Below are positions 9,476 through 19,982 of a DNA stretch of 64,000 nucleotides, piece after piece (position 1 is the first letter of the stretch; each line of letters opens with the position of its first letter). This DNA comes from Candidatus Bipolaricaulota bacterium (GTDB lineage Bacteria; Bipolaricaulota; Bipolaricaulia; M55B111): positions 20,837 through 84,836 of the forward strand of contig JAIPHJ010000001.1 of assembly GCA_021735245.1 (NCBI GenBank). The letters are read 5' to 3'. The position numbers and the translations under genes were made by a program. The notes below the pieces were generated by a model. It worked only from the letters and a program-made list of their open reading frames with translations. It was not told where the DNA came from and did no database searches.

Positions 9476-10039
9476 CTATCCGATCTCCGCTTCTTCCCCG
9501 CCGGAAAGTTTACCTTCTTTCCTGATTATTTCTTCGCCTTTGTACTTTATGCCTTTACCTTTATAAGGTTCCGGTGGACGAAGGCTCTTTATATCGGCAG
9601 CCACCTGACCAACTACCTGCTTTTCCGGGCCTTTGATGGTGACCTGATCGTTGTCCTCCACCTCGGCCTCTATATTTTCAGGCAGGGGGTACTCGATGGG
9701 ATGAGAGTAACCCAGTTCAAAAACCAGACTCCCCCCCTGTTTCCTCACCCGGTATCCGAGTCCTTCCAGAACCAGTGTTTTTTCAAACGGATTCACCAGT
9801 CCTTCAACCATGTTTGCAACCAAACTACGATAAAGTCCGTGCTTTTCTTTGTACTCCTTCTTATCCGCCTTCCGTCCCATCACCAGTTCGTCATCATTTA
9901 TCTCAGCAGTAACGAAATCAGGATCGTATTCCTGGGTGAATTCGAGTCCGTTCTCAGCTTTTGCTGTAACAGCCCCGTCTTCAACCGTCAGTTCGACGCT
10001 TTCCGGAATATCTATCGGCGTCTTACCTACTTTAGACAT
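9476..10039 (-). CDS. rplF: 50S ribosomal protein L6
   Basis: GLGYR, LGYSHP, RPPEPYKGKGI. Confidence 0.98.
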   Translation of the reverse strand: MSKVGKTPIDIPESVELTVEDGAVTAKAENGLEFTQEYDPDFVTAEINDDELVMGRKADKKEYKEKHGLYRSLVANMVEGLVNPFEKTLVLEGLGYRVRKQGGSLVFELGYSHPIEYPLPENIEAEVEDNDQVTIKGPEKQVVGQVAADIKSLRPPEPYKGKGIKYKGEEIIRKEGKLSGGEEAEIG

Positions 10040-10049
10040 CTAAATCACC

Positions 10050-10448
10050 TCACCAGACCTTGAACAGCAGTTCCCCGCCAACGTTATCCTCTCTGGCGTC
10101 CTTACCCGTCATTAGACCACGGGACGTACTGAGAACTACGGTTCCCAGCCCACCCAGGACCTGAGGAATTTCTCCCTGAGAGACGTAAACACGCCTCGAC
10201 GGTTTACTTACCTTTTCCATACCGTCTATAACCGGTTCTCCTTCGTTATAACTGAGTCCTATCTCCAGTTCCTTCTTGTTACCCGGTAACTCTTCAACCT
10301 CGAAGTCCGAAACATAACCCTCGTTAACCAATACTTCCGCAACCGACTCCTTAAGGTTCGAGCTGGGCAAGGTAACGCTATCATGCCCCATCCGACTGGC
10401 GTTTCTTATTCTGGCGATCATGTCGCTTAGTGGATCCTGCGTTGTCAT
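10050..10448 (-). CDS. rpsH: 30S ribosomal protein S8
   Basis: DPLSDM..RIRNA, SKPSRRVY, STSRGLMT, GGE. Confidence 0.98.
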   Translation of the reverse strand: MTTQDPLSDMIARIRNASRMGHDSVTLPSSNLKESVAEVLVNEGYVSDFEVEELPGNKKELEIGLSYNEGEPVIDGMEKVSKPSRRVYVSQGEIPQVLGGLGTVVLSTSRGLMTGKDAREDNVGGELLFKVW

Positions 10449-10470
10449 TTATGCTCCTCCCGGTATTGCT

Positions 10471-10656
10471 TTACCAGCTAGCTTTTTTAACACCCGGCAA
10501 CTCTCCCTTGTGGGCTAACTCTCGAAAGCATACTCTACATATACCGAAATCCCTTATGTAGCCCCTGGAACGTCCACAAATATTACACCTGTTATAATCC
10601 CTTACATCGTATTTCTTTTCTTCTTCCGCTTTTTCAATCAGTGCTTTTCGAGCCAT
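10471..10656 (-). CDS. rpsN: 30S ribosomal protein S14 type Z
   Basis: 61 aa from MARKAL; RCNICGR...CRVCFRE...PGVKKASW. Confidence 0.97.
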   Translation of the reverse strand: MARKALIEKAEEEKKYDVRDYNRCNICGRSRGYIRDFGICRVCFRELAHKGELPGVKKASW

Positions 10657-10668
10657 AACAACCTCCAA

Positions 10669-11199
10669 TTATTCTCTGAATGGGGAACCAAGTTCTTTAA
10701 GGAGATAGGATCCTTCTCTGTCTGTTTCAGCGCTGGTAACGATGGTTATATCCATCCCCTGGACCTGCCTAACGTCGTCAAACGTGACCTCCGGGAAAAC
10801 CAACTGCTCGTCCATTCCCAGACTGTAGTTACCTCGGCCGTCAAACGAATCAGGAGAAAGACCACGAAAGTCCCTAATACTGGGCAAAGCTACGTTATAA
10901 AGTTTGTTTAGAAACTCGTACGCTCTTTTACCCCTCAGAGTCACCTTACAACCCACAGGCACACCTCTTCTGATATCAAAATCCGATATCGATTTTCGGG
11001 CTCGCGTCACTACGGGTCTTTGCCCGGTTATGTTCATCAGGTTTTCCACTGCACCGTCTATTATACTTGGGTCTTCGTGCTCCGAGATACCCATATTTAC
11101 TACGACCTTCTCTACCTCAGGTACCTCCATGGGATTGTCGTAACCTAACTCTTTCATCAGCGTGTCCCTTACTTCTTCTTCGTATTTTTCGTTGAGCAT
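10669..11199 (-). CDS. rplE: 50S ribosomal protein L5
   Basis: KVVVNMG, ITGQRP, KVTLRG, RDFRGL...FDGRGNY. Confidence 0.98.
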   Translation of the reverse strand: MLNEKYEEEVRDTLMKELGYDNPMEVPEVEKVVVNMGISEHEDPSIIDGAVENLMNITGQRPVVTRARKSISDFDIRRGVPVGCKVTLRGKRAYEFLNKLYNVALPSIRDFRGLSPDSFDGRGNYSLGMDEQLVFPEVTFDDVRQVQGMDITIVTSAETDREGSYLLKELGSPFRE

Positions 11200-11202
11200 T
11201 TC

Positions 11203-11514
11203 CTAATCCAGAACCCCCTCGCACTTCTTACACACCCTAACCTTATCCCCGGCTACCTCGTCGAATCCAACACGAGTTGGCTCGTCACATGACGGACATA
11301 CAGGCATTACGTTTGAAATATCTATCGGCTCCTCTCGCTCAATTATTCCCGGCTCCTTCTGTTGTTGAGTCCTACCCTGGTGTTTCAATCTAAAGTTTAC
11401 GTTTTCTACTACCACTCGATTATTTTTGGGATCAACACTCAGTACCTCTCCCACTTTACCTTTATCGTTGCCGGAAATTACCTTTACCCTGTCACCTTTC
11501 TGAACTTTCCTCAT
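11203..11514 (-). CDS. rplX: 50S ribosomal protein L24
   Basis: KGDRVKVISGNDKGKVG (KOW); C-terminal CxxC...CxxC. Confidence 0.97.
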   Translation of the reverse strand: MRKVQKGDRVKVISGNDKGKVGEVLSVDPKNNRVVVENVNFRLKHQGRTQQQKEPGIIEREEPIDISNVMPVCPSCDEPTRVGFDEVAGDKVRVCKKCEGVLD

Positions 11515-11524
11515 AGTTAACCTC

Positions 11525-11893
11525 CTATAGAACCTCGGGCGCCAAGGATATTATACGAAGCATATTCCCTTCCCTGAGTTCTCTTGTTACTGGTCCAAAA
11601 ATCCTCGTTCCCACCGGTTCCATCCTGTCATCAACCAGAACGGCGGCGTTATCGTCGAACCTTATATAGGATCCGTCTTCTCTGCGGTAGTTTCCCGCAG
11701 TTCTCACGATAACTGCCTGAACGATTTCTCCCTTTTCAAGGTCGCTATCGGGTATCCGTTTCTTGACGGAAGCCGTAATCAAATCGCCTATCTGGCCCTG
11801 GTTCTTGTTGGATTGGCCTAGAACGTTAATACACCTCAACCTTTTCGCGCCTGAATTATCAGCCACTTTCAATTCCGTCTCCTGGTGGATCAC
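11525..11893 (-). CDS. rplN: 50S ribosomal protein L14
   Basis: [34 protein letters not shown] start at 11893 gives 122 aa. Confidence 0.98.
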   Translation of the reverse strand: MIHQETELKVADNSGAKRLRCINVLGQSNKNQGQIGDLITASVKKRIPDSDLEKGEIVQAVIVRTAGNYRREDGSYIRFDDNAAVLVDDRMEPVGTRIFGPVTRELREGNMLRIISLAPEVL

Positions 11894-12141
11894 GTTTCCC
11901 CTCCCGACCTTTCCAGCACTTCCGTTAGCTTCCACCGTTTCTTTTTGCTTATGGGCCTAGTCTCGGATATCAGCACCCGGTCTCCTTCCTGAGCTTCCTC
12001 GTTCTCGTCGTGGGCGTAGAACTTTGAACGCTGCTTAAGGTACTTCTTGTACCGCGGGTGCTGCCTCTGGGTGTCTACAGTGACAGTAATGGTTTTGTCC
12101 ATCGCGGCACTGACCACCCTTCCTTTCTTCGTCTTTTTCAT
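11890..12141 (-). CDS. rpsQ: 30S ribosomal protein S17
   Basis: [27 protein letters not shown]. Confidence 0.98.
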   Translation of the reverse strand: MKKTKKGRVVSAAMDKTITVTVDTQRQHPRYKKYLKQRSKFYAHDENEEAQEGDRVLISETRPISKKKRWKLTEVLERSGGET

Positions 12142-12338
12142 TTCACTTCTTCCCCCTCACTTTCCCTTTGAATTGTCTTCGCTCGAGCTATATCTTTCCT
12201 CGTTTTCTTGATTTCAGCAGTATTGTCCAGTTCTCCAGTGGCCTTTTGAAACCTTAGATTAAACAGTTTTTCCTTTAACTCGGCGACCTTTTCCTCCAGT
12301 TCTTCGGAGGTCATTTCCCTCAGTTCCCCGGGCCTCAT
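12138..12338 (-). CDS. rpmC: 50S ribosomal protein L29
   Basis: MRPGELRE...LFNLRFQKATG.L.N...RKDIAR; start at the internal ATG 12338. Confidence 0.96.
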   Translation of the reverse strand: MRPGELREMTSEELEEKVAELKEKLFNLRFQKATGELDNTAEIKKTRKDIARAKTIQRESEGEEVK

Positions 12339-12763
12339 TTTTCTCCTCCCAGCTTTATCCTTTCTTTCAACCTCGTCTTTATCGGCAGCTTGTAGGAAAC
12401 CAACTGGTGTAATCGTTTGGCCTTTTCGGCGTCCACGCCCGAGAATTCGAAGACGATCCTTCCCGGCCTTATAACTGCTACCCATTCTGCCGGTTCTCCT
12501 TTTCCCTTACCCATTCTGGTTTCCGCAGGAGTCTTGGTAATGGGTTTGTCAGGGAAGACTCTTACCCAGATTTTTGAATCACGCTGGGTTTCGTGTGCCA
12601 GGGTCATCCTCGCCGTTTCTATTTGCTTGCTGGTCAGCCATCCAGGGTCCTTTGCCTGAATACCGTATTCCCCGAAAGAGACCTTATTGCCCCTGCTGGC
12701 TTTTCCTTTTGTCCTACCACGTTGTTGTTTTCTATGTTTCGTTTCAGCTGGATATAATGCCAT
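12335..12763 (-). CDS. rplP: 50S ribosomal protein L16
   Basis: WVRVFPDKP.T..PAETRMGKGKG. Confidence 0.98.
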   Translation of the reverse strand: MALYPAETKHRKQQRGRTKGKASRGNKVSFGEYGIQAKDPGWLTSKQIETARMTLAHETQRDSKIWVRVFPDKPITKTPAETRMGKGKGEPAEWVAVIRPGRIVFEFSGVDAEKAKRLHQLVSYKLPIKTRLKERIKLGGEK

Positions 12764-12779
12764 TGGTTACCATCCTCGA

Positions 12780-13436
12780 TTAGAGACTTAACCCCTCGGG
12801 TACACCCTCGGGCAATAATTCTTCTCGGAAAACCCAAGCCTTGACTCCAATCGGTCCGTATTTCGTCCGGGCTTCGATAAATCCGTAATCTATATCGGCT
12901 CTTATCGTCTGAAGCGGAATCCTCCCTTCGTCCTGGGATACCGACCGGGCGAGGTTTGCTCCCCCGATCCTGCCGGAGCATTTAACCTTTACACCTTTGG
13001 CTCCCTTGTTCATCGATCGAGATATTACTTCCTTCATTGCCCTACTTGGCGGTATCCTGTTCTCGATCTGAAATGCCACTTCTTGAGCTATTAACTGTGC
13101 CTGGAGGTGTGGATCCTGAGCTTCTTTGACAGATATATTTACGTTCCTGCCCGTTTTATCACTCAGTTCCTTCTGAAACTGGTTTATCTCGTTGCCCCCT
13201 TTACCAATTATTATTCCCGGACGCGCCGAGACAATTATCATCGAAATGCGATCGTCCCTCGGCCTTTCTATACTGACTTTCGCTATTCCTGCACCTCGAT
13301 AACGTTCCTCTATCAACTCGCGAATTTCGTGGTCTTCGGCGACGTACTCCGGGGCCTTCTCGTCGCTGTACCAATTCGATTGCCATTTCTTGTTAACGCC
13401 AACGCGAAAACCGACCGGGTTTACTTTCTGTCCCAT
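12780..13436 (-). CDS. rpsC: 30S ribosomal protein S3
   Basis: MGQKVNP.GFR, RPGIIIGKGG, PLQTIRADIDY. Confidence 0.98.
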   Translation of the reverse strand: MGQKVNPVGFRVGVNKKWQSNWYSDEKAPEYVAEDHEIRELIEERYRGAGIAKVSIERPRDDRISMIIVSARPGIIIGKGGNEINQFQKELSDKTGRNVNISVKEAQDPHLQAQLIAQEVAFQIENRIPPSRAMKEVISRSMNKGAKGVKVKCSGRIGGANLARSVSQDEGRIPLQTIRADIDYGFIEARTKYGPIGVKAWVFREELLPEGVPEGLSL

Positions 13437-13774
13437 TATTCTTCCTCCACTAGTATCACTGTAATATGGCTCTGTCTTCGTTGCATTAGATCGGCCCTAC
13501 CTTGAGCTCTTGGCTTCATCCGTTTCATAGTTTGCCCTTCGTCAACCGCGGCTTCTTTAACCTTTAGCCTATCCACTGCCATATCGTGGTTGTGCTGAGC
13601 GTTCGCTATCGCCGATTCGAGAGTATCTTTCAGAAACCGGGCGGCTTTCTTCTTGGAAAACTTTACCGTCTTTAACGCTTCATCAACAGATTTTCCCCGG
13701 ACGGCGTCGGCAACCGGCCGCGCTTTCTTCGGGGAAATTCTGACGTTTTTGGTAATAGCTTTGGCTTCTTTCAT
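13436..13774 (-). CDS. rplV: 50S ribosomal protein L22
   Basis: RISPKKAR, SAIANA, PRAQGRA, SHITV. Confidence 0.98.
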   Translation of the reverse strand: MKEAKAITKNVRISPKKARPVADAVRGKSVDEALKTVKFSKKKAARFLKDTLESAIANAQHNHDMAVDRLKVKEAAVDEGQTMKRMKPRAQGRADLMQRRQSHITVILVEEE

Positions 13775-13775
13775 A

Positions 13776-14063
13776 CTAACCTACCGGAGTAATTGGCTCT
13801 TTTTTCGTAATGCCACCGTGTTCCCTGAACGTTCTGGTCCGAGCGAACTCACCGAGTTTGTGGCCAACCATATTCTCCGATATCTCCACTGGAACGTGGT
13901 CTTTCCCGTTGTGAACATTTATCGTCAGACCAACCATTTTGGGCAATATCGTAGAATCCCTCGACCAGGTCTTGATTTCCTCTATTTCGCCGTTCTTTGC
14001 TTTATCAACCTTTTCGTTCAAGCTGTCTTTTACGTATGGTCCTTTCTTAACTGACCTAGGCAT
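13776..14063 (-). CDS. rpsS: 30S ribosomal protein S19
   Basis: [24 protein letters not shown]. Confidence 0.98.
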   Translation of the reverse strand: MPRSVKKGPYVKDSLNEKVDKAKNGEIEEIKTWSRDSTILPKMVGLTINVHNGKDHVPVEISENMVGHKLGEFARTRTFREHGGITKKEPITPVG

Positions 14064-14065
14064 GA

Positions 14066-14902
14066 CTACCCCCTCTTTTTCTTCGTCCTTCGTCTAATTA
14101 TCTTTTCGTCACTTCCCTTCGCCTTTCTAGTCTTGCCACCTTTTGCAGGAACCCCCGTAGAAGAAACCGGAGGCCTGCCTACGTAAGCACGACCTTCTCC
14201 TCCTCCGTGTGGATGGTCTACGGCATTCTTGGCGGTACCTCTAACTTTCGGCTTTCTTCCCATGTGCCTTTTCCGGCCGGCCTTTCCACTCTTTACGTTC
14301 TTATGGCTCGGATTGCTCACCTGACCAACTGTGGCCTTACACTCGGGACTAAACGACCTGATTTCACCAGAGGGTAATTTTACGTCGATTCCCTCGGCGT
14401 CCTTGGCAACGATCCTGGCATCAACTCCCGCCGATCGGGCTATCCTTCCTCCGCTACCTGGAGAAAATTCCAGATTATGAATCGGCTTTCCGGCCGGAAT
14501 TTTCCTGAGAGGTAGCGCATTTCCGGGCCTGACCTCGGCTTCTCCTCCTGACTCTACCACGTCCCCAACTTCCAGTTTTAACGGGGAGATGATATAGCGT
14601 CGTTCACCGTCGGAGTAAAGCAATAAAGTAATCCAGGCAGACCTGTTCGGATCGTACTCGGTACTCATTACTCTCCCCTTTATCCCTTCTTTGTCGCGCT
14701 GAAAATCTATCTTCCTGTACTTCCTCTTGTGTCCTCCTCCGCGACCGCGAACTGTTTCTTTACCCTGGTTATTTCTACCGCCGGATTTTTTTAACGGTTC
14801 AAGCAGTGATTCCTCGGGCTCGTCAGTCGTCAACTCTTCAAAATCCGTCAGCTCCGCATGACGTCTTGAGGGCGTTACGGGTTTAAACCTTTTTATTCCC
14901 AT
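14066..14902 (-). CDS. rplB: 50S ribosomal protein L2
   Basis: [25 protein letters not shown]. Confidence 0.98.
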   Translation of the reverse strand: MGIKRFKPVTPSRRHAELTDFEELTTDEPEESLLEPLKKSGGRNNQGKETVRGRGGGHKRKYRKIDFQRDKEGIKGRVMSTEYDPNRSAWITLLLYSDGERRYIISPLKLEVGDVVESGGEAEVRPGNALPLRKIPAGKPIHNLEFSPGSGGRIARSAGVDARIVAKDAEGIDVKLPSGEIRSFSPECKATVGQVSNPSHKNVKSGKAGRKRHMGRKPKVRGTAKNAVDHPHGGGEGRAYVGRPPVSSTGVPAKGGKTRKAKGSDEKIIRRRTKKKRG

Positions 14903-14916
14903 TTTTTCACCTTATC

Positions 14917-15210
14917 CTATCCGAATATGTCAATCCTGTCCCCTTCGGCAAGCCTGACGTAGGCCTTTTTCCAGGCACTCGTCTTACCCTTTTCCTGGTT
15001 GAGTTGCTCTCTTTTCGGCTTTCCTTGGAGGTTCATAGTATTTACGTCGGTAACTTCCACGTCAAACAATTCTTCTACTGCCTCCCGTACCATCACTTTA
15101 TTGGCGTCAGGGTGGACCCTGAAGACGTACTTATTACTTTCCTCCTGGAGTCTCCAGGAATTCTCTGTCACGATCGGTTCTACAATGATATCTTCCGTGC
15201 TTAATTCCAT
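14917..15210 (-). CDS. rplW: 50S ribosomal protein L23
   Basis: PIVTE, Y.F.V...ANK, VNTMN, WKKAYV.L. Confidence 0.97.
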   Translation of the reverse strand: MELSTEDIIVEPIVTENSWRLQEESNKYVFRVHPDANKVMVREAVEELFDVEVTDVNTMNLQGKPKREQLNQEKGKTSAWKKAYVRLAEGDRIDIFG

Positions 15211-15867
15211 TTAGACCCCCTGCGCCTCCAGTTTACGGTCCAGTAAGATTTCGCTTAGTTCTTCGATGGATTTCCTCGTTATCAAAATCCCTTCATGGTT
15301 TAAGATTTCGTATGCATTAATCTGGGAAGTTGAGATGCATTTAGCAGTTGGAATATTGCTAAAGGACTTTTGAACTTTCCAACTATCTTCTTCCTGCGGC
15401 GAAATTATAAGAGTATCCTTGGGCAAATCAAGAGCTTCCAGCACCGACAGTGCTTTTTTAGTCTTCGGTTCTTCGAACTTCAGCTCTTCAACCACTAACA
15501 GATTGCCTTCGGAATATCGCGTCGAAAGGGCGCTGCGTATAGCCTTGTGTCTCATTTTCTTGGGTAGATCCATCCCGTGGTCTTTCGGCTTGGGACCAAA
15601 AATGACCCCGCCTCCGCTCCACAGGGGAGACGCTCTGGACCCATGTCTGGCTCTTCCCGTCCCTTTTTGGCGCCAGGGCTTTCTATTAGAACTTTTAACT
15701 TCTGACCTGTCCTTGGTGCTGGCGGTACCGGCTCTCCCGTTTGCCCTGTAAGCTTTGACCGCTCGATAAAGGAGGTCATTATGAAATTCCAGCCCCAGTA
15801 AATCCTCGGAAACCTCTATCTCTTCGCTCAGGTTACCTTCTTCGTCTTTAACGTTTAGTTCAATCAT
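15211..15867 (-). CDS. rplD: 50S ribosomal protein L4
   Basis: KPWRQKGTGRARHGS, GGGVIFGPKP. Confidence 0.98.
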   Translation of the reverse strand: MIELNVKDEEGNLSEEIEVSEDLLGLEFHNDLLYRAVKAYRANGRAGTASTKDRSEVKSSNRKPWRQKGTGRARHGSRASPLWSGGGVIFGPKPKDHGMDLPKKMRHKAIRSALSTRYSEGNLLVVEELKFEEPKTKKALSVLEALDLPKDTLIISPQEEDSWKVQKSFSNIPTAKCISTSQINAYEILNHEGILITRKSIEELSEILLDRKLEAQGV

Positions 15868-16483
15868 TGCTACCCCTGATCTGAATCAAATTATCTCTGG
15901 GTCCCGGAACTGAACCTTTGAGCACCAACAGGTTGTCCTCGGGGCTGGCTTTTAGAACTTCCAGGTTCTGAATGGTAACGGTTTCGTTCCCCGTTCTACC
16001 CGGCAATTTCTGTCCCTTCAAAACCCTGCCGGGCTCGACACACATGCCAACAGAACCGGGCTTTCTATGAAACCTGGAACCGTGGGTCTTCGGACCGCCC
16101 GAGAAATTCCATCGCTTTACAACACCCTGAAAACCCTTTCCTTTCGAGTTACCTGTCACGTCCACCTCATTACCTGATTGAAATTGTTCCACGGTTATTT
16201 CATCGCCCGAGTCGTAGTCTTCAGGATTATCCACTCTATACTCTACCAGGTACTTTTTGGGCTGAACGCCGTACTTGTCAAAATGGCCCTTCATCGGCTT
16301 GGTCAACTTTCTCTTTTCGGTATCCTTGTAGCCAAGTTGAACTCCGTTATAGCCGTCCTTTTCGAGGGTCTTCACCTGCACAACCACCGCGGGCTCGGAT
16401 TTTATTACAGTAGCTCCCACAGCAGCACCTGATTCCTTAAAGTACTGAGTCATTCCAACTTTTTCCCCTAACGTCCCTAACAT
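15860..16483 (-). CDS. rplC: 50S ribosomal protein L3
   Basis: KVGMTQ, DGYNGVQ, SKGKGFQGVVKRWNF. Confidence 0.98.
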   Translation of the reverse strand: MLGTLGEKVGMTQYFKESGAAVGATVIKSEPAVVVQVKTLEKDGYNGVQLGYKDTEKRKLTKPMKGHFDKYGVQPKKYLVEYRVDNPEDYDSGDEITVEQFQSGNEVDVTGNSKGKGFQGVVKRWNFSGGPKTHGSRFHRKPGSVGMCVEPGRVLKGQKLPGRTGNETVTIQNLEVLKASPEDNLLVLKGSVPGPRDNLIQIRGSND

Positions 16484-16528
16484 TTTGTGAACCTCCCAGT
16501 TAATCCAATGACAAATTGACTATAAAGT

Positions 16529-16837
16529 TTAAAGTTTTATCTCGACGTCGATTCCGGTTGGCAGTTCTATGTCCATCAAGGCATTAATCGTCTCTGAGGT
16601 CGGTTCCTGTATATCGATCAACCTGTTATGTATCCGTCTTTCAAAGTGCTCCATTGAGGTCTTGTTGACATGGGGTGATCGAAGAACAGTATACAGTTTC
16701 CTTTCTGTGGGAAGCGGCACCGGACCGGAAATCTTCGCTCTGGTTTCTTCCGCAGTCTTTACTATTTTCTCAACCGACCTGTCGACCAACTCGTGGTCGT
16801 AACCTTTGAGCTTTATTCTTATTTTTTCTCTTGCCAT
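16529..16837 (-). CDS. rpsJ: 30S ribosomal protein S10
   Basis: IRIKLK.YDH, GPVPLPT, RSPHVNK.S.E.F. Confidence 0.98.
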   Translation of the reverse strand: MAREKIRIKLKGYDHELVDRSVEKIVKTAEETRAKISGPVPLPTERKLYTVLRSPHVNKTSMEHFERRIHNRLIDIQEPTSETINALMDIELPTGIDVEIKL

Positions 16838-16839
16838 TT

Positions 16840-18969
16840 TTAATAACCTCGTTTATTTAAGATTTCCTCCTTTACTTTCCTCGGTACTTCTTGAAAATGA
16901 GAAAAACTCAACGAATAGGTACCTCGACCCCTCGTAATGGAACGAAGCCTCGTAGCGTAACCAAACGACTCGGCAAGAGGAAGCTTGAACTCTATCAGCT
17001 GGATCCCCTCGCGGCTCTCTATTCCCGTCACTTTCCCTCGACGTTTGGATATATCTTCCATCACGTCCCCGACGTGATCCCCGGGAACGAATACCTCTCC
17101 TTCCATGATAGGTTCGAGCAACCGCGAATTTCCTTTGAGAGCCCGGGTAGTTGCCCGCGATCCTGCCGCCTTGAAAGCCATGTCGGAAGAATCCACGGGA
17201 TGGTGGGCTCCGTCGTAAAGAGTAGCCCTTACGTCCGTTACCTTATAGCCGGCCAGTTGGCCGTTCCCAAGGGATTCTTCGATTCCCTTTCTGACTGATT
17301 TGATATACTCCTTTGGAACTCTCCCTTCCTTTATCTGGTTTTCGAATTCGATCCCGGCGCCGCGCTTAAGAGGCTCGAAATGAATCTTGACCCGAGCATA
17401 CTGGCCCCTGCCTCCGGTCTGCTTGGCAAATTCCTCGTCGACATCGGAGTCCGTCTCCAGTGTCTCTTTATACGTGACACTCGGTTTACCCACGAGAGCC
17501 TCAACGTCAAATTCCTCTTTAAGCCTTCTCGTCAAAATCTCCAGGTGAAGTTCACCCATACCCGAAATTATCGTCTGATTCGTGTCCGGATCGTTTTCGA
17601 CCTTGAAAGTCGGATCCTCTTTGGCGAGCTTTTGGATAGCCTCGGTTAGTCGGCTTTCGTCAGATTCCTTCCTGGGCTCTATTGACACGGATATAACGGG
17701 TTCTGGAAAATCTATTCGCTGGAGAACTATGGGGTCTTCTTTGCTACAAAGAGTTTCTCCGGTAGAGGTATGGTCGGGGCCGACCACCGCTACAATGTCC
17801 CCCGCCTTTGCCTTTTCCACTCTTTCTCTCCGGTTTGCATGCATGTGGAACATCCGGGAGATCCTTTCCGTTTTGCCCGAGTTCGGGTTAAAGACGTTAT
17901 CTCCTTCCTCCAGCGTTCCCGAATAGATTCTTAAATAAATTAGCGTCCCGGTATACTGGTCAGTGGTTACCTTAAACGCAAGGCTTGCAAGCGGTTCCTC
18001 CGGCGAAGGATATCTCTTTAACTTTTCTCCGTCCTCCCCTCCATCCACTCTAAACCCTTCAACCGCCGGAACGTCGTTCGGGCTGGGAAGATAATCGACC
18101 ACGGCATCCAGAATCGGTTGCACTCCAACGTTCTTCAGAGCCGAACCGCCCAGTACCGGTACACAAGAACCAACTATAGTAGCCTTACGTATAGCCCTGA
18201 CGAGCAGGTCCCGTGAAATCTTTTCTTCTTCCAGGAACTTCATCATCAACTCGTCGTCGTACTCGGCGGCTTTCTCAATAAGATCTTCTCTCCACCTGGC
18301 CGCCTTGTCCTTTACGTCGTCCGGAATCGGACTGCGTTCGAATTCCGCCCCTTTCGTCTCCTGATCCCAGGTCATTAGGGAAGGATTAATCAGATCCACC
18401 ATCCCTAACAGCTCGTCCGACTCGTCCCTATAAGCTAATTGAAGCGGCAGGGTGGTTACCCCTAACCGCTCCTCAATCATTTCTATCGTCTTGTCGTAAC
18501 GGGACTCAGTCCTGTCCAGTTTATTAACAAAGGCAATTCTCGGCACGTCGTACCGATCCGCCTGGCGCCAGACCTTTTCCGACTGGGATTCCACCATTTC
18601 AACGCCAGAGAAAAGAGCCACCGCTCCGTCCAGTACTCTCAGCGACCTCTCTACCTCGGCAGTAAAATCCACGTGACCGGGAGTATCTATAATATTAATT
18701 TGATGATCCTGCCAGTAACAGGTAGTAGCGGCAGAAGTAATCGTTATTCCCCGCTCTTTTTCCTGATCCATCCAGTCCATTTCTGCATCCCCGTCGTGGA
18801 CTTCCCCGATCTTATATGTCCGACCGGAATAATAGAGCATCCGCTCCGTTGCCGTAGTCTTCCCTGCATCGATATGGGCCATTATACCGATGTTCCGCAT
18901 CTCCTCGAGTTCTTCGTCCCTAATTTCCTCGTCCACGATCTCGTCTGACTTCTGTTTTGTCATTATCAT
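16840..18969 (-). CDS. fusA: Elongation factor G
   Basis: [36 protein letters not shown]. Confidence 0.98.
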   Translation of the reverse strand: MIMTKQKSDEIVDEEIRDEELEEMRNIGIMAHIDAGKTTATERMLYYSGRTYKIGEVHDGDAEMDWMDQEKERGITITSAATTCYWQDHQINIIDTPGHVDFTAEVERSLRVLDGAVALFSGVEMVESQSEKVWRQADRYDVPRIAFVNKLDRTESRYDKTIEMIEERLGVTTLPLQLAYRDESDELLGMVDLINPSLMTWDQETKGAEFERSPIPDDVKDKAARWREDLIEKAAEYDDELMMKFLEEEKISRDLLVRAIRKATIVGSCVPVLGGSALKNVGVQPILDAVVDYLPSPNDVPAVEGFRVDGGEDGEKLKRYPSPEEPLASLAFKVTTDQYTGTLIYLRIYSGTLEEGDNVFNPNSGKTERISRMFHMHANRRERVEKAKAGDIVAVVGPDHTSTGETLCSKEDPIVLQRIDFPEPVISVSIEPRKESDESRLTEAIQKLAKEDPTFKVENDPDTNQTIISGMGELHLEILTRRLKEEFDVEALVGKPSVTYKETLETDSDVDEEFAKQTGGRGQYARVKIHFEPLKRGAGIEFENQIKEGRVPKEYIKSVRKGIEESLGNGQLAGYKVTDVRATLYDGAHHPVDSSDMAFKAAGSRATTRALKGNSRLLEPIMEGEVFVPGDHVGDVMEDISKRRGKVTGIESREGIQLIEFKLPLAESFGYATRLRSITRGRGTYSLSFSHFQEVPRKVKEEILNKRGY

Positions 18970-19081
18970 AAATATAGATCCCTATAAATTCCTAAAAGTA
19001 CCTAAGATACACAAAAACCCTTTCTCAAAAGGAAAGGACTTTATGGAGATAAAACCGGATTAGTTTCGAATCGCCGAAGAT

Positions 19082-19540
19082 TTACCAGCGATAATGGGCA
19101 AAGGCTTTATTTGCCTCTGCGCGACGGTGGGATTCAAGCTTTCTCTCGTAAGCTTCCCCTTCCTTGTTGCTGGCCAATATAATTTCGCTCGCCAGGCGCT
19201 CTTCCATCCGGGGTTCGTTTCTAGACGAAGCTACATCAACCAACCAGCGGAATGAGAGCGCAACCTGTCTATCGGATGAGACTTCGTAGGGCACCTGATA
19301 ATTTGCCCCTCCAACCCTTCGGCTTCTGGTTTCCAGATCGGGTGAAATATTGTCTATCGCTTCTCGAAAAACCTTGACCCCAGGCTCCCCTTCTCTCTCT
19401 TCGATTAGTGAAAAGGCCCCGTAGATAATTTTGTAAGCAAGGTTCTTATTCCCGTCCTGCATTATATAGTTTGCAAACTTCCCCACTAGCTTACTACCGT
19501 GCTTAATATCTTGTTCAACGTCTCTTCCAGGCAGTGCCAT
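19082..19540 (-). CDS. rpsG: 30S ribosomal protein S7
   Basis: SRRVGGANYQVP, AEANKAFAHYRW. Confidence 0.98.
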   Translation of the reverse strand: MALPGRDVEQDIKHGSKLVGKFANYIMQDGNKNLAYKIIYGAFSLIEEREGEPGVKVFREAIDNISPDLETRSRRVGGANYQVPYEVSSDRQVALSFRWLVDVASSRNEPRMEERLASEIILASNKEGEAYERKLESHRRAEANKAFAHYRW

Positions 19541-19552
19541 TAACCCATCCTC

Positions 19553-19924
19553 CTAACTCGGCTTCTTTGTTCCATATTTAGACCGACCCTGCTTTCGTCC
19601 ATCTACACCGGTTACGTCGTAAGCTCCCCGAACAATATGATATCTTACTCCCGGCAAATCTTTAACTCGGCCCCCTCTGACCAGAACTACGGCGTGCTCC
19701 TGGAGTTCGTGACCTTCGCCAGGGATGTATGCCGTCACTTCTTTACCGTTACTCAACCTGACTCGGGCAACTTTTCTTAACGCCGAGTTCGGCTTTTTCG
19801 GAGTTCTGGTATATACCCTGGTCACCACTCCACGTTTCTGGGGACAACCGTTCAGAGCGCGGGAGCTGGTTTTCTTCTTTTTACTCGATCTTCCTTTCCT
19901 CACTAGCTGATTAATCGTCGGCAT
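19553..19924 (-). CDS. rpsL: 30S ribosomal protein S12
   Basis: [30 protein letters not shown]. Confidence 0.99.
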   Translation of the reverse strand: MPTINQLVRKGRSSKKKKTSSRALNGCPQKRGVVTRVYTRTPKKPNSALRKVARVRLSNGKEVTAYIPGEGHELQEHAVVLVRGGRVKDLPGVRYHIVRGAYDVTGVDGRKQGRSKYGTKKPS

Positions 19925-19982
19925 ATCGTCTTATCATCACTCCTGTAAGTGCCAGAAATTATAAGCTAGCCCCTTTTTATTG

